DNA of 64,000 nucleotides from assembly GCA_040387855.1 (NCBI GenBank), contig JAZKCY010000001.1, forward strand, positions 317,857-381,856. Direction: 5' to 3'. Below, one piece after another: positions 47,336 through 56,699 of this stretch. Within the stretch, counting starts at the first letter, position 1, and each line of letters begins with the position of its first letter. The position numbers and the translations under genes were made by a program. The notes below the pieces were generated by a model. It saw only the letters and a list, made by a program, of their open reading frames with translations, was not told the origin of the DNA and searched no databases. The DNA is from Patescibacteria group bacterium. GTDB taxonomy: Bacteria > Patescibacteriota > Minisyncoccia > Phycocordibacterales > JAKAEA01.

Positions 47336-47752
47336 ATGAAGCATGATTTCAGTACTATTTTAAAGAATAAGAAGTTTAAAGTTACTCCAGCTCGAGTGGC
47401 TATTCTTGAGGTGTTCTCAAAAGAATGTAAACCAGTAAATGCAGAGGAGATTTTTGATAGTGTGAAAGATACAAAGATAGATCAGGTAACGGTTTATAGA
47501 ACGCTAAATTCGTTTGAAGAAACAGGTATTTTAAAAAGAGTAGATCTTCGAAAAGGATCTGCCTATTATGAACTTAATAGTGCTCAGCACCACCATCATA
47601 TTGTGTGTACTATTTGTGGAACTATTGAAGGTTTTGATATGTGTTCTGTTGAAAAGATTTCAAAAGAAGTATTGAATACCTCTAAAAAGTTTAAAACTAT
47701 TTCAGATCACTCACTTGAATTGTTTGGAAGTTGTACAAAATGCAGCAAATAA
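47336..47752 (+). CDS. Fur-family metalloregulator (Fur/Zur/PerR)
   Basis: winged-helix N-domain, HHHHIVCTICG ... CTKC metal-site motifs, 138 aa. Confidence 0.8.
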   Translation: MKHDFSTILKNKKFKVTPARVAILEVFSKECKPVNAEEIFDSVKDTKIDQVTVYRTLNSFEETGILKRVDLRKGSAYYELNSAQHHHHIVCTICGTIEGFDMCSVEKISKEVLNTSKKFKTISDHSLELFGSCTKCSK

Positions 47753-47767
47753 AAAACTAGCCATCGG

Positions 47768-48145
47768 CTAGCGGTTTGGGTCGCCCTGCATCTCTTCGGT
47801 CACGAGTGTGATTGTGACAAACTCGAGATCTGGTACTGGCGATGTCACTTCGGCGCAGTGTACGTCGAAGTTGAACAGGGCTGTTTCCGACTGAGGGAAT
47901 CTTCGGTCCCTCCACCACTTTGCTGCTTCAGGAGCGGACTGTTCTAAAGCATTGATCGCATCGACCTGACGGACGATGTACCCTGGTTTGGGACCCAAGG
48001 ACTTGCCATCGACTACTCCCGAAACGCCGAAGCCAATCCGGTCGAAGGCGATGCATGGCATCTCCACACCCACCCATTGGATCCGGATTATTACTGGGGC
48101 TTGACCATCGGGTGTTTCCACGATGACGATCTTTCCTGTAATCAC
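47768..48145 (-). CDS. hypothetical protein encoded in a high-GC island
   Basis: 125-aa ORF with GTG start, about 58% GC, no recognisable domain. Confidence 0.3.
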   Translation of the reverse strand: MITGKIVIVETPDGQAPVIIRIQWVGVEMPCIAFDRIGFGVSGVVDGKSLGPKPGYIVRQVDAINALEQSAPEAAKWWRDRRFPQSETALFNFDVHCAEVTSPVPDLEFVTITLVTEEMQGDPNR

Positions 48146-48226
48146 TGGATTGTCGGGTATGACGAGTTCCTTTCTTTTGTACGAGTATGATTACAATAGT
48201 ACTCAGCACTATATAAAACGCAAGGA

Positions 48227-49999
48227 TTATTTTAATTGGATAGTTTTACTTAAATTTATTTTTCCTAAAACATGTAATTCTGTTATTGCACGGGTAAGGG
48301 CAACATAGAGTAAATCTTTTTTGATACGGGTTAACTCTTCATTTTGATTATGAGTAGTAATAGAATCATCAATTCCAACAATACAGACAATATCAAACTC
48401 GACTCCTTGTGATTCTCGCATCGTAAGAATGTGCACGTTAGAATTGCTTTTAAATTCAGAAATAAAAGGGGAGAGATATTCTGGGTTTTGAGCAAGAATA
48501 CCAATGCTTTGTTCTGGATACTTTTCTATCAAGCTTTTAATATAATCTATTTCTTCTGCATTGCTTTGCATAACTAACTCACTCACATCTGGGCCTGATT
48601 TAATTTGTTCTGGAATAGAAATGTCATATCCCAATTTCTGAATATAATTCAGAATATTTTTAGTATTTCTATATACTTTCTTTAATAGTACTTGTTTCTC
48701 ATCTGGAATAGCTTCACCGATCTGTTCCCATGAACGTATTGTCCCAAGCTGAATTTGCTGGGCCATGTCTCCCACATACACTATAGACTGGGTCTCTTTT
48801 GCTAGAGTGCTTTTAAAAAGACTAAGCTGTTCTGGTAAATAGTTTTGGAATTCATCTACTAATGCGAAAGAATATTCAGCTACAGTTTTTTCTTTTCTGA
48901 ATGCTAGTTTCTTATCTTTGTGCTTTCCCTTTAAGCATTGTAAAAGTAAGGTGAGGTCAAAGCGATCTAGTTTCTTTTCTTTCTTTTGTTGAGCAAATAA
49001 CTTCAGAGCTTCGACCGATAGTTTTTCTGAGTAGATTTGATTGAGTGTCGTAAATGGTTTTGCATTGAATGCGAGCTCGGGTTTTGATCTCAAGATCTGA
49101 AGCTTTTCAAATTCATATGCATCACGTTGTTGTTCTGTGGATCCAAATCTAATAGCATATGAATACTCTTGAGAATCTAGATCTAAAACAGTAAAAGCCC
49201 ATTCTGAGAATGTAGTAATATGCACGCCTTTAATACCTAGCTCAGGAAGAAGATGTGAAAAGTAATCTTTTGTGCCGTTATCTTGCACTAGAATAATAAT
49301 AGAACGTTCAGGATAAAGTTGAGATGTGTCTGGTGCTTGTACGAGATATGCTACTCGGTGAAAGGCGAGTGTTGTTTTTCCTGATCCCGCAGGTCCTGCA
49401 ATAACTAAAGGTCCCTTGTGATGAGCTCTGATAACTTGATCCTGAGCTTTTTCCATTTGGGCCACAATTTCAGGAAGCATGAATCCTGATTTTCTGTTTG
49501 AGAAATGTTCTTGGTGAATAAGTTCACGAGGTGTACCTAAAGATTCTTTCGCAAAAAATATTACATTACCATCTACAATCATATACTGTTCTTTATCTTC
49601 GAGTAATGCATGTTTTTTTGTACCGTCTGGAAGTGTATAGAAAACAGGTCCTGGTTCTTCAAATCTGATAGATGCTACTGGCGCAACCCATGAATATATT
49701 TTTTCGTCACTCAAATGAAATTTTGCAAATCGGTATTCCACTTTTTCACCTGAATCTTTGAGGGTGAGATTTACTTTTATGAAGTAAGGAGAGTTATAAA
49801 GATGATCGAGTTCTTCAACCCGTTTTTCAAACTGAGCTTTAAGTGCCCAGTAGGTAACTTGATCTTCTCGAGCCAATCCTTTGATTGCAGACATGGGTAA
49901 ACTGCTTCTATCAAATGCTGCTTTTCGAGCATCTACAATTTTAGTTCTAATAAACTCGATGTGGTTTTTAAGCTTGTGTAGTAAGGTTTCTTTACTCAT
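48227..49999 (-). CDS. UvrD-like SF1 DNA helicase (HelD / helicase IV-like architecture)
   Basis: N-terminal extension then Walker A IAGPAGSGKTTLAFHR, later helicase motifs, 590 aa. Confidence 0.7.
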   Translation of the reverse strand: MSKETLLHKLKNHIEFIRTKIVDARKAAFDRSSLPMSAIKGLAREDQVTYWALKAQFEKRVEELDHLYNSPYFIKVNLTLKDSGEKVEYRFAKFHLSDEKIYSWVAPVASIRFEEPGPVFYTLPDGTKKHALLEDKEQYMIVDGNVIFFAKESLGTPRELIHQEHFSNRKSGFMLPEIVAQMEKAQDQVIRAHHKGPLVIAGPAGSGKTTLAFHRVAYLVQAPDTSQLYPERSIIILVQDNGTKDYFSHLLPELGIKGVHITTFSEWAFTVLDLDSQEYSYAIRFGSTEQQRDAYEFEKLQILRSKPELAFNAKPFTTLNQIYSEKLSVEALKLFAQQKKEKKLDRFDLTLLLQCLKGKHKDKKLAFRKEKTVAEYSFALVDEFQNYLPEQLSLFKSTLAKETQSIVYVGDMAQQIQLGTIRSWEQIGEAIPDEKQVLLKKVYRNTKNILNYIQKLGYDISIPEQIKSGPDVSELVMQSNAEEIDYIKSLIEKYPEQSIGILAQNPEYLSPFISEFKSNSNVHILTMRESQGVEFDIVCIVGIDDSITTHNQNEELTRIKKDLLYVALTRAITELHVLGKINLSKTIQLK

Positions 50000-50130
50000 G
50001 ATTGTGATTTTTACATAAACAAAAAACCGCTAGTCGCGGTTCTTTCCAAATGGCCTGCTCAACGAGAGGTGTTTATGTGGTTTATAATTCCCAAACATAT
50101 GAAGGTTTTATAGTACTGCTTATTTAAGAA

Positions 50131-50535
50131 TTACGCAAGTTTGCACTTTTCTGCAACGAGCCGCATGAGCTGTTCATCACCAGCTTCGGTGAGTCCAGAA
50201 AAAGAAAGAATATAGTCACCAGCTCGAATAGCTCCACCTGTCTGATCTTTTTCTGGATTGCGTGTTTCAAAGCTTGTCATAATATGCGTGGGAGAATTTA
50301 GAAGTCTAAATGCTTTCTCCTGACTCATATTCATCCAGCGTTCTTTTTTATTTTGTGGAACTAATCCTACTGCTTGAAGTATAAGAGGAGATTGATCTTT
50401 TGATTCTGGATTATTTTTAAGTACACATAAAAAGCCGCTTGATCGATGTTGATCTGGTGCTCGGTTTTTATTTACAGACTCTAGAAATTCTTGAGAGCTT
50501 AGAATTTCAGATGTAGTGTTAATTATTTCTTGCAT
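50131..50535 (-). CDS. hypothetical protein
   Basis: 134-aa ORF immediately downstream of the HxlR gene (2-nt gap); no confident domain. Confidence 0.35.
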   Translation of the reverse strand: MQEIINTTSEILSSQEFLESVNKNRAPDQHRSSGFLCVLKNNPESKDQSPLILQAVGLVPQNKKERWMNMSQEKAFRLLNSPTHIMTSFETRNPEKDQTGGAIRAGDYILSFSGLTEAGDEQLMRLVAEKCKLA

Positions 50536-50536
50536 A

Positions 50537-50869
50537 CTATGCCTGCTTTTTTAAAAGCTTCTTTCCAAAATTGAACATACTATCAACAACAGGAAGACTT
50601 TCTTTGCCAAGCTTACTAAGACAGTAGGTGACTGAGAGTTTATTAATTGTTTCTTCGTTGCGGATAATCATTCCCATTTCTTCAAGAGTCTTGAGCTTTG
50701 TTGTGAGGGTAGCAGAATTGATTCCCAATAATTCTTGAAGTTCTTTAAATCGAAGTTCGCCATTGCGTAGAGCATCAACAATCTTCAAACGCCAGCCATC
50801 ACCAAAGACTTCAAAGGCTTTGATACATGCTGGTTCGTTGTTTGGTTCAGGTTGCTTGGAGTTTTGCAT
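50537..50869 (-). CDS. HxlR-family winged-helix transcriptional regulator
   Basis: CIKAFEVFGDGWRLKIVDALRNGELRFKELQELLGINSATLTTKLKTLEEMGMIIR. Confidence 0.75.
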   Translation of the reverse strand: MQNSKQPEPNNEPACIKAFEVFGDGWRLKIVDALRNGELRFKELQELLGINSATLTTKLKTLEEMGMIIRNEETINKLSVTYCLSKLGKESLPVVDSMFNFGKKLLKKQA

Positions 50870-50884
50870 TGTGGTGTAGTTGGG

Positions 50885-50906
50885 TTTAAGTTTGCTTTAA
50901 AACTTA
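50885..50906. promoter_or_regulatory. 8-6-8 inverted repeat in the HxlR / FMN-reductase divergent intergenic region (candidate operator)
   Basis: TTAAGTTT-gcttta-AAACTTAA. Confidence 0.3.
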
Positions 50907-50966
50907 AAGTGCTTTATTATTTAAACTACTTTACTATATAAAGCAATAATAACATATTCAGACATT

Positions 50967-51548
50967 ATGATCAAGATAAAAATAATTGCCGGATCGACAC
51001 GGCCAGGACGGTTTAACACACAGCCAGCGCAGTGGATTTATAATCTCGCAAAAGAACGAAAAGATATTGAAGTAGAACTTTTGGACTTAGCAGAAATTAA
51101 CTTGCCATTACTCGATGAAGCCGTTCCACCATCAATGGCTGGCGGGAAATATGAACATGAGCATACTCGAAAATGGGCAGCAAAGATTAGCGAAGCCGAT
51201 GGATTTATTATTGTTGCCCCTGAATACAATCATTCAGTACCTGCGGCGCTAAAAAATGCTTTAGACTTTGTGTATCATGAATGGAGTTTTAAACCAGTAA
51301 GCTATATTAGCTATGGTTCACTTGCAGGAGGGGCTCGATCGGTAGAACATTTACGTGGAATTGCTGGGGAACTAAAGATGTATGATCTGCGAGAACAAAT
51401 TTTACTTCCCGCATATTATGAAAATCTTAATGAGAAAGGTGAGTATCAATTTAATGAACGGCATGTAAAACAAGCTGAAGGGATGCTAAATGATATTACA
51501 TTCTGGTCAACTGAGATGAAGGCATCTCGTGCAAAGCTATCAATATAG
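50967..51548 (+). CDS. NAD(P)H-dependent FMN reductase (flavodoxin-like fold)
   Basis: MIKIKIIAGSTRPGRFNTQ N-terminus and overall NADPH-dependent FMN reductase family pattern, 193 aa. Confidence 0.75.
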   Translation: MIKIKIIAGSTRPGRFNTQPAQWIYNLAKERKDIEVELLDLAEINLPLLDEAVPPSMAGGKYEHEHTRKWAAKISEADGFIIVAPEYNHSVPAALKNALDFVYHEWSFKPVSYISYGSLAGGARSVEHLRGIAGELKMYDLREQILLPAYYENLNEKGEYQFNERHVKQAEGMLNDITFWSTEMKASRAKLSI

Positions 51549-51639
51549 CTTTCCTATACACAGCTGTACATTGGATGAGCCTGAATAGTGCGATATACTT
51601 AAGTCACATTATCATGTGGTCTTATACTTCGCTTATTTG

Positions 51640-54285
51640 ATGAAAAAGTTACATATATATTTACTTATAGCAGCACTACTTATTGGTAGTGTTGTTGTCG
51701 TTGGTATGATGATTGAAAAAAACAATCGTCTACCTGCTGCGGTTAGTCAATCCAGCATATCCAACACAACTCAGCGGGTTACTCAATTTATGCTGATAAA
51801 TGCTGATAATGATCAGGCAATTACTTCAATTACTAATAACTCAGTAATAAATCTTGCTACATTACCTACAAAGAACTTAAATATTGAGGTAATTACTAAT
51901 CCTGCTACTGTGGGCAGCGTTAGGTTCTCATATGACCAATATTCAGGATACAAGCTTCAAGATATCCCACCATATGCTATTGGAGGAAGTTCAACGAGTA
52001 GAGATTTCTATAGTTGGAATCTTACCGAAGGATCACATACCCTTAAAGTTACTCCATATACTGGTAAGGGAGGAACAGGTACAGCGGGAAGTCCTCTTAC
52101 TGTAGAATTTTCTGTAATCAATCAAGTTCAACAAGCTACAATTCAAAGTCTTGAACTCTACAACACTGACTATAATGCACCAACTAAATTTTTTACTCCC
52201 ATTACTGATGGCACCGTAATTGATTTAACTAAACTTACAACTAAAAATCTTACAATTAAGGCTAATCCATCTGCTGATACTTCTATTGTTCAATTTGATT
52301 TGGATGGAAAATTAAAATTTGGATATGAAACTGGTGCACCGTATTTTATGGCTGGAGATAATACTTCAAACTGGCCCTATGCATGGAATCCAACATTAGG
52401 TTCACATACAGTAGTGGTAACTCCATTTAAGCGAGTAAATGGATCACTCGTTGCGGGAGTTCCTAAAACAATTCGATTTTCTGTAATCAATCCAGCCCCA
52501 GTAGTTGTTGTACCAACTATGTCACTTGCAGCTCCTACGAGTATTACTTCAGGAGGGAATATTACATTGTCGTGGACATCTACAAACACTACGTCATGTG
52601 TAGCCTCAGGTGATTGGACAAATACTCAAGGTCCATCTGGAACCATTACATTCTCAGGAATTACTCAAGCAAAAACATTTACGTTAACGTGTACTGGTGC
52701 AGGAGGTAATGTTTCAAAGACTGTATCTGTAGCGGTAACTGAAGTAGTTGTGCCTCCCACTCCACCCACACCACCAACTCCGCCTACACCTCCCACTCCT
52801 CCAGATATAACCCCACCAGACACAACACCTGTTGTTGGGTATACGGATATAACACCTAAATTTGATTCTAAAATTGTATATGTATCATCATCACTAGGAA
52901 GTGATAGTAACGATGGATCACTTGGCGCACCGGTACAGTCGGTATCAAAAGCTATGACTATGATACGAAGTGGTTATCCAGATCAGATACTTCTAAAACG
53001 AGGAGATAGTTGGAGTGGAGAAATTACAAACTATATTACATCACTCTACAATCCAATCTCAGGTAGATCTGCATCAGACAGATTGGTAATTAGTTCATAT
53101 GGCACAGGAAGTAGACCAAAAGTATCTTCAAATACCAACGGAGTCACTCTAGGTCATGGTACAAAACATATTGCTATTGTTGGAATCCATTTCGTCGGGA
53201 ATTTTAAGGATGATGCAATACGACTTGAAGGTACTTCTGTTGGTGGTGAAAATATTCTTATTGAAGATTGCTACATAGAAAAGTTTGCAAAGGGAATTAC
53301 TATCTCAGTTGCCCAGCCATATTCTCAAGTAACACAACAGAATTCACCTAATCTCATAAAGAATGTTGCTATTCGACGTAATGTTGTCGTTGATGTATTT
53401 AGTACTGTTGATGCGCAAGGGAATCTAGAACACCCTGAAGGAACATATTTTTATGGTATTAACGGCATACTTGTAGAAGATAATATATTTGATAACAACG
53501 GACGGCGGGCAAACGGAACAGGAGGTACAATCTTCGGACATGCAGTTTATATTACAGGTAGAAACTGGAACTCAGTTGTGCGAAATAATATATTCTCAAA
53601 TGCAGCAAGTGATGCTCTTCAAGCTCGTGCTGGAGGAATAGTAGAAAACAACTTCTTCTACAATAATCCAATTCACCTTTCTTTTGGATATGTAAATGGA
53701 GGAGGACCACAACATTTAGGCGGTGTTCGAGGAACCGTTAAGAATAATGTGATGATTGGTACTCGTATTGTAGATGCGGGAGGACCAAATGTATCTGGTC
53801 CAGTAAATGGTAAACGAGGTCAAGCATTGGTAATGGCAAACATTGCTGAGGCTGTTGTAGAAAAAAATATTATTGCGTTTAATACACTGTCGACAAATCG
53901 TGCTGCTATTATTCTTGAGCCTGGATCTGGTGAATATGCAGCAGATGCAATAGGTATTCATAATCTTATGATACGAGATAATATTGTGTATCAATATCCT
54001 ACTGCCTTTACAATTAATAGTCTTGGACTTGTTGGACTTGGCCGATACTCAGCAAGTAATATTGTATTACGAGGAAATCATCTTTCAGGTCTAGTTAAAG
54101 TAAGTTCTGCATATACTACTCCAGATGGACCATTTAATGCTCCTATTGAAGTGAGTCCAAATCTCAGTTCAAATTATGATTCATTTATTTTAGAAGCACG
54201 TAGTCAATCTAAAACAAATTGGCGATCTCAGTTTACTGCAACTGCAATCAACAATCAGGTGCGGAGCTTAATGTATTTCAAATAA
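51640..54285 (+). CDS. large cell-surface protein: N-terminal anchor, two tandem about 115-aa beta-sandwich repeats, Ig-like domain, Pro-Thr linker, C-terminal right-handed parallel beta-helix (pectin-lyase-fold) domain
   Basis: internal tandem repeat (…NLNIEVITNPATVGSVRFSYD… / …NLTIKANPSADTSIVQFDLD…), linker PTPPTPPTPPTPPTPP, beta-helix NNIFSNAASDALQARAGGIVENNFFYNN; ATG at 51640 (track start 51616 is GTG). Confidence 0.6.
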   Translation: MKKLHIYLLIAALLIGSVVVVGMMIEKNNRLPAAVSQSSISNTTQRVTQFMLINADNDQAITSITNNSVINLATLPTKNLNIEVITNPATVGSVRFSYDQYSGYKLQDIPPYAIGGSSTSRDFYSWNLTEGSHTLKVTPYTGKGGTGTAGSPLTVEFSVINQVQQATIQSLELYNTDYNAPTKFFTPITDGTVIDLTKLTTKNLTIKANPSADTSIVQFDLDGKLKFGYETGAPYFMAGDNTSNWPYAWNPTLGSHTVVVTPFKRVNGSLVAGVPKTIRFSVINPAPVVVVPTMSLAAPTSITSGGNITLSWTSTNTTSCVASGDWTNTQGPSGTITFSGITQAKTFTLTCTGAGGNVSKTVSVAVTEVVVPPTPPTPPTPPTPPTPPDITPPDTTPVVGYTDITPKFDSKIVYVSSSLGSDSNDGSLGAPVQSVSKAMTMIRSGYPDQILLKRGDSWSGEITNYITSLYNPISGRSASDRLVISSYGTGSRPKVSSNTNGVTLGHGTKHIAIVGIHFVGNFKDDAIRLEGTSVGGENILIEDCYIEKFAKGITISVAQPYSQVTQQNSPNLIKNVAIRRNVVVDVFSTVDAQGNLEHPEGTYFYGINGILVEDNIFDNNGRRANGTGGTIFGHAVYITGRNWNSVVRNNIFSNAASDALQARAGGIVENNFFYNNPIHLSFGYVNGGGPQHLGGVRGTVKNNVMIGTRIVDAGGPNVSGPVNGKRGQALVMANIAEAVVEKNIIAFNTLSTNRAAIILEPGSGEYAADAIGIHNLMIRDNIVYQYPTAFTINSLGLVGLGRYSASNIVLRGNHLSGLVKVSSAYTTPDGPFNAPIEVSPNLSSNYDSFILEARSQSKTNWRSQFTATAINNQVRSLMYFK

Positions 54286-54293
54286 AAAACACC

Positions 54294-54803
54294 TCAAGGA
54301 ACTTGATCCTTGGGTGCATTATCAGACAAAGGATTTGCCTTTGTCTGATTTTGTTGTGGGGAACTACTTGGGTAGCAGAGGAAAATTGCAGCAACTATCG
54401 CTGCAGAAAATCCCACTGCTTGCATCCATGTGATTCCGCGGTTGACGATGATCGAATAGATCGCCGGTGGGCATGTTTGGGCGACGAGCATCACTACAAA
54501 AAGAATACCCACTTTTGCAGGCATAGCTTCGGATAGCAATGTGTTGAAGATCACCACGCCTCCGGTTGCGATCACTGCAGCAATGATGGTCATTGTCCAG
54601 TTGGCACGGTAGAGCGAACTTGTATCCATCAGTGCCGGAGTGATCAAGAGCGTAAGCTGAATACAGCTCACAACCACACACGTTACAAATCCAGATAGAT
54701 TGCTCTTGTTCATGAACAATGGCCAGATGCCGAAGAGCAATCCCGCTGCGATGGCCATGATTTGATGTTTCATCTCCACAGACTCCACAAAGACTCGGAA
54801 CAT
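54294..54803 (-). CDS. small 4-5-TM membrane protein, intermediate GC
   Basis: hydrophobic ORF; about 48% GC, higher than the flanks; overlapping alternative-frame ORF 54364..54843 considered less likely. Confidence 0.35.
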   Translation of the reverse strand: MFRVFVESVEMKHQIMAIAAGLLFGIWPLFMNKSNLSGFVTCVVVSCIQLTLLITPALMDTSSLYRANWTMTIIAAVIATGGVVIFNTLLSEAMPAKVGILFVVMLVAQTCPPAIYSIIVNRGITWMQAVGFSAAIVAAIFLCYPSSSPQQNQTKANPLSDNAPKDQVP

Positions 54804-54872
54804 GACGCTCAGCGTAAATTACCACTATGAAGTAGTTTGTCAATTAACACATAATGCTATACTTATGTATAT

Positions 54873-55343
54873 ATGATAAAGAATAATAAAACAGCGTTTA
54901 TAATTGGCGGGTCTATTATAGGGGGAATCATTATTGGATGTATTATTTGTTGTCTCATGATGATGTGTATGGGAGGAGGAATGATGAATCGTCATATGAA
55001 GATGAAAGGAATGTATTCTCAGAACATGAATGGAATGCACATGATGCCTGATGGAACAATGATGCCAAATGCAGGAGCTGTACCACCACGTGATACTCCT
55101 GGCATGCAAGGAATGATGGATCATATGAATGCAAATCTCGAAGGAAAAACAGGGGATGCATTTGATCAAGCGTTCTTAGAAGAAATGATTGTGCATCATG
55201 AAGGGGCAGTAGAAATGGCAGAAGCTGCATTAACGAATGCAAAGCATCCTGAAATCAAAAAGCTTTCTCAAGATATAATTACTGCTCAGAAGAAAGAAAT
55301 TGCAGATATGAAAGCATGGCTAAAAGCTTGGTATAACAAATAA
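54873..55343 (+). CDS. DUF305-family protein with N-terminal TM anchor and Met-rich segment
   Basis: DUF305-like FLEEMIVHHEGAVEMA and ITAQKKEIADMKAWL; N-terminal MMMCMGGGMMNRHMKMKGMYSQNMNGMHMMPDGTMMP. Confidence 0.6.
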   Translation: MIKNNKTAFIIGGSIIGGIIIGCIICCLMMMCMGGGMMNRHMKMKGMYSQNMNGMHMMPDGTMMPNAGAVPPRDTPGMQGMMDHMNANLEGKTGDAFDQAFLEEMIVHHEGAVEMAEAALTNAKHPEIKKLSQDIITAQKKEIADMKAWLKAWYNK

Positions 55344-55355
55344 AAATCTAAAGTA

Positions 55356-55382
55356 AAAAACCACCCTATGGTGGTTTTTTAC
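55356..55382 (+). terminator. rho-independent terminator
   Basis: aaccacc-ctat-ggtggtt followed by tttttt. Confidence 0.65.
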
Positions 55383-55405
55383 TTCTCAACTCCTACAACA
55401 TCTTG

Positions 55406-55894
55406 TTAAACAGAGTACATTTTTTGTAGTTTTTCAATATCTTTATAAATATAGGAATCTGATGGAAGAGAAAATAATTCTACATCTAGCTTTGTACTTG
55501 TATCTGAAAATATTTTCTGTAACGCCATAAGTCTGCCATTACCTTCAAATGACATATAGCCATCTTTGTAGGGAATAATTTGAATTGGGCTTACAGAGGG
55601 CATTATTTCTATGAGCTGATCATTTGATATAGTCTCATCATTCAAAACCATAGTATCTTTTATATCAGAAAGTGCCTTCACTCTAAGATCAATTTTATCT
55701 AGTGCTGATTTTCTATTTATCGGGTGAATGAGAATAATAGAATGTATAGGTACTGATGTAAAAGTTCGTAAGGTGGCTTTGCGGGTAATATCAAGAACGA
55801 TTTTTGCAAGTAATGCATCGCTAAGTGAGAGGTGACGTAATTCAGGGGTTTTATGTAGAAGCCATTTTCGGAACCGGTTTAGTCGATGAATCAT
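55406..55894 (-). CDS. hypothetical protein
   Basis: 162-aa ORF, no recognisable domain. Confidence 0.4.
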   Translation of the reverse strand: MIHRLNRFRKWLLHKTPELRHLSLSDALLAKIVLDITRKATLRTFTSVPIHSIILIHPINRKSALDKIDLRVKALSDIKDTMVLNDETISNDQLIEIMPSVSPIQIIPYKDGYMSFEGNGRLMALQKIFSDTSTKLDVELFSLPSDSYIYKDIEKLQKMYSV

Positions 55895-55975
55895 AGTTGT
55901 AGTATAGCAAAAATATTACTTTTTCAAGATCATACTAGGGTGTCATAAAGCCTCAGCATTTTCGTCTCTAGATAT

Positions 55976-56221
55976 ATGTCAGACACAACAAAACTAACAA
56001 AAGTTGAAGCGTACCTTTCAAACGAACGTACACTACTCTCTTATATGCGAACAGCAGCATCAGTGGCTGTACTTGCTGTTGCAATGTTTAAGTTTTTTGA
56101 AGATGAATGGGTGATCTATTTAGGATTTGCTGTGTTACTACTTGGAGTTGGCGTATTTGTTTTGGGTACCTATAGATTTATTCAGGGAAGAAAACGAATT
56201 AATTCGATTACTACTTCGTAA
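55976..56221 (+). CDS. DUF202 (YidH-like) small membrane protein
   Basis: LSNERTLLSYMRTAASV signature and two TM helices. Confidence 0.6.
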   Translation: MSDTTKLTKVEAYLSNERTLLSYMRTAASVAVLAVAMFKFFEDEWVIYLGFAVLLLGVGVFVLGTYRFIQGRKRINSITTS

Positions 56222-56699
56222 GCCCAGCAAGTACTTCATCTAGTCGCTCATGTCCTTCTACAACTCCGTGCTCCATTCCAGACTGAATCATTCCATCGCG
56301 ATCAGTTTGTGTTGAAAACACGGATGTCCCAACAACTCGAGTTCTGTTTCCAGGAAGACTTTCAAATCGAGCTGTTTCTAATGCAACATGACCTCGTTCT
56401 GGAAGACCTTCAAATTCAAATGTTCCCACAAGCAATTCTGGGGTTTTCATGTAGTGGGTGACACCGTTAAATGCATAAGCATTACCCTGAGGATCTTTTG
56501 AAATATATCTCCATGAACCTCCATTTTTTGCTTCAAATTTTTCAATTTCCATACTCATACCTCGAGGACCTACCCATTGTTTGTACAAATCAGCTTCTGT
56601 ATATGCTCTAAATACTAAATCTCGTGGTGCATCAAATTCTCGAGTGATTATTATACTTAGTTGTCCTGGTTCTGCTACTATTGTTGTTTTATTAGCCAT
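56211..56699 (-). CDS. SRPBCC-superfamily protein, AHSA1 (activator of Hsp90 ATPase)-like
   Basis: IITREFDAPRDLVFRAYTEADLYKQWVGP; 8-nt overlap with the upstream ArsR gene. Confidence 0.7.
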   Translation of the reverse strand: MANKTTIVAEPGQLSIIITREFDAPRDLVFRAYTEADLYKQWVGPRGMSMEIEKFEAKNGGSWRYISKDPQGNAYAFNGVTHYMKTPELLVGTFEFEGLPERGHVALETARFESLPGNRTRVVGTSVFSTQTDRDGMIQSGMEHGVVEGHERLDEVLAGLTK

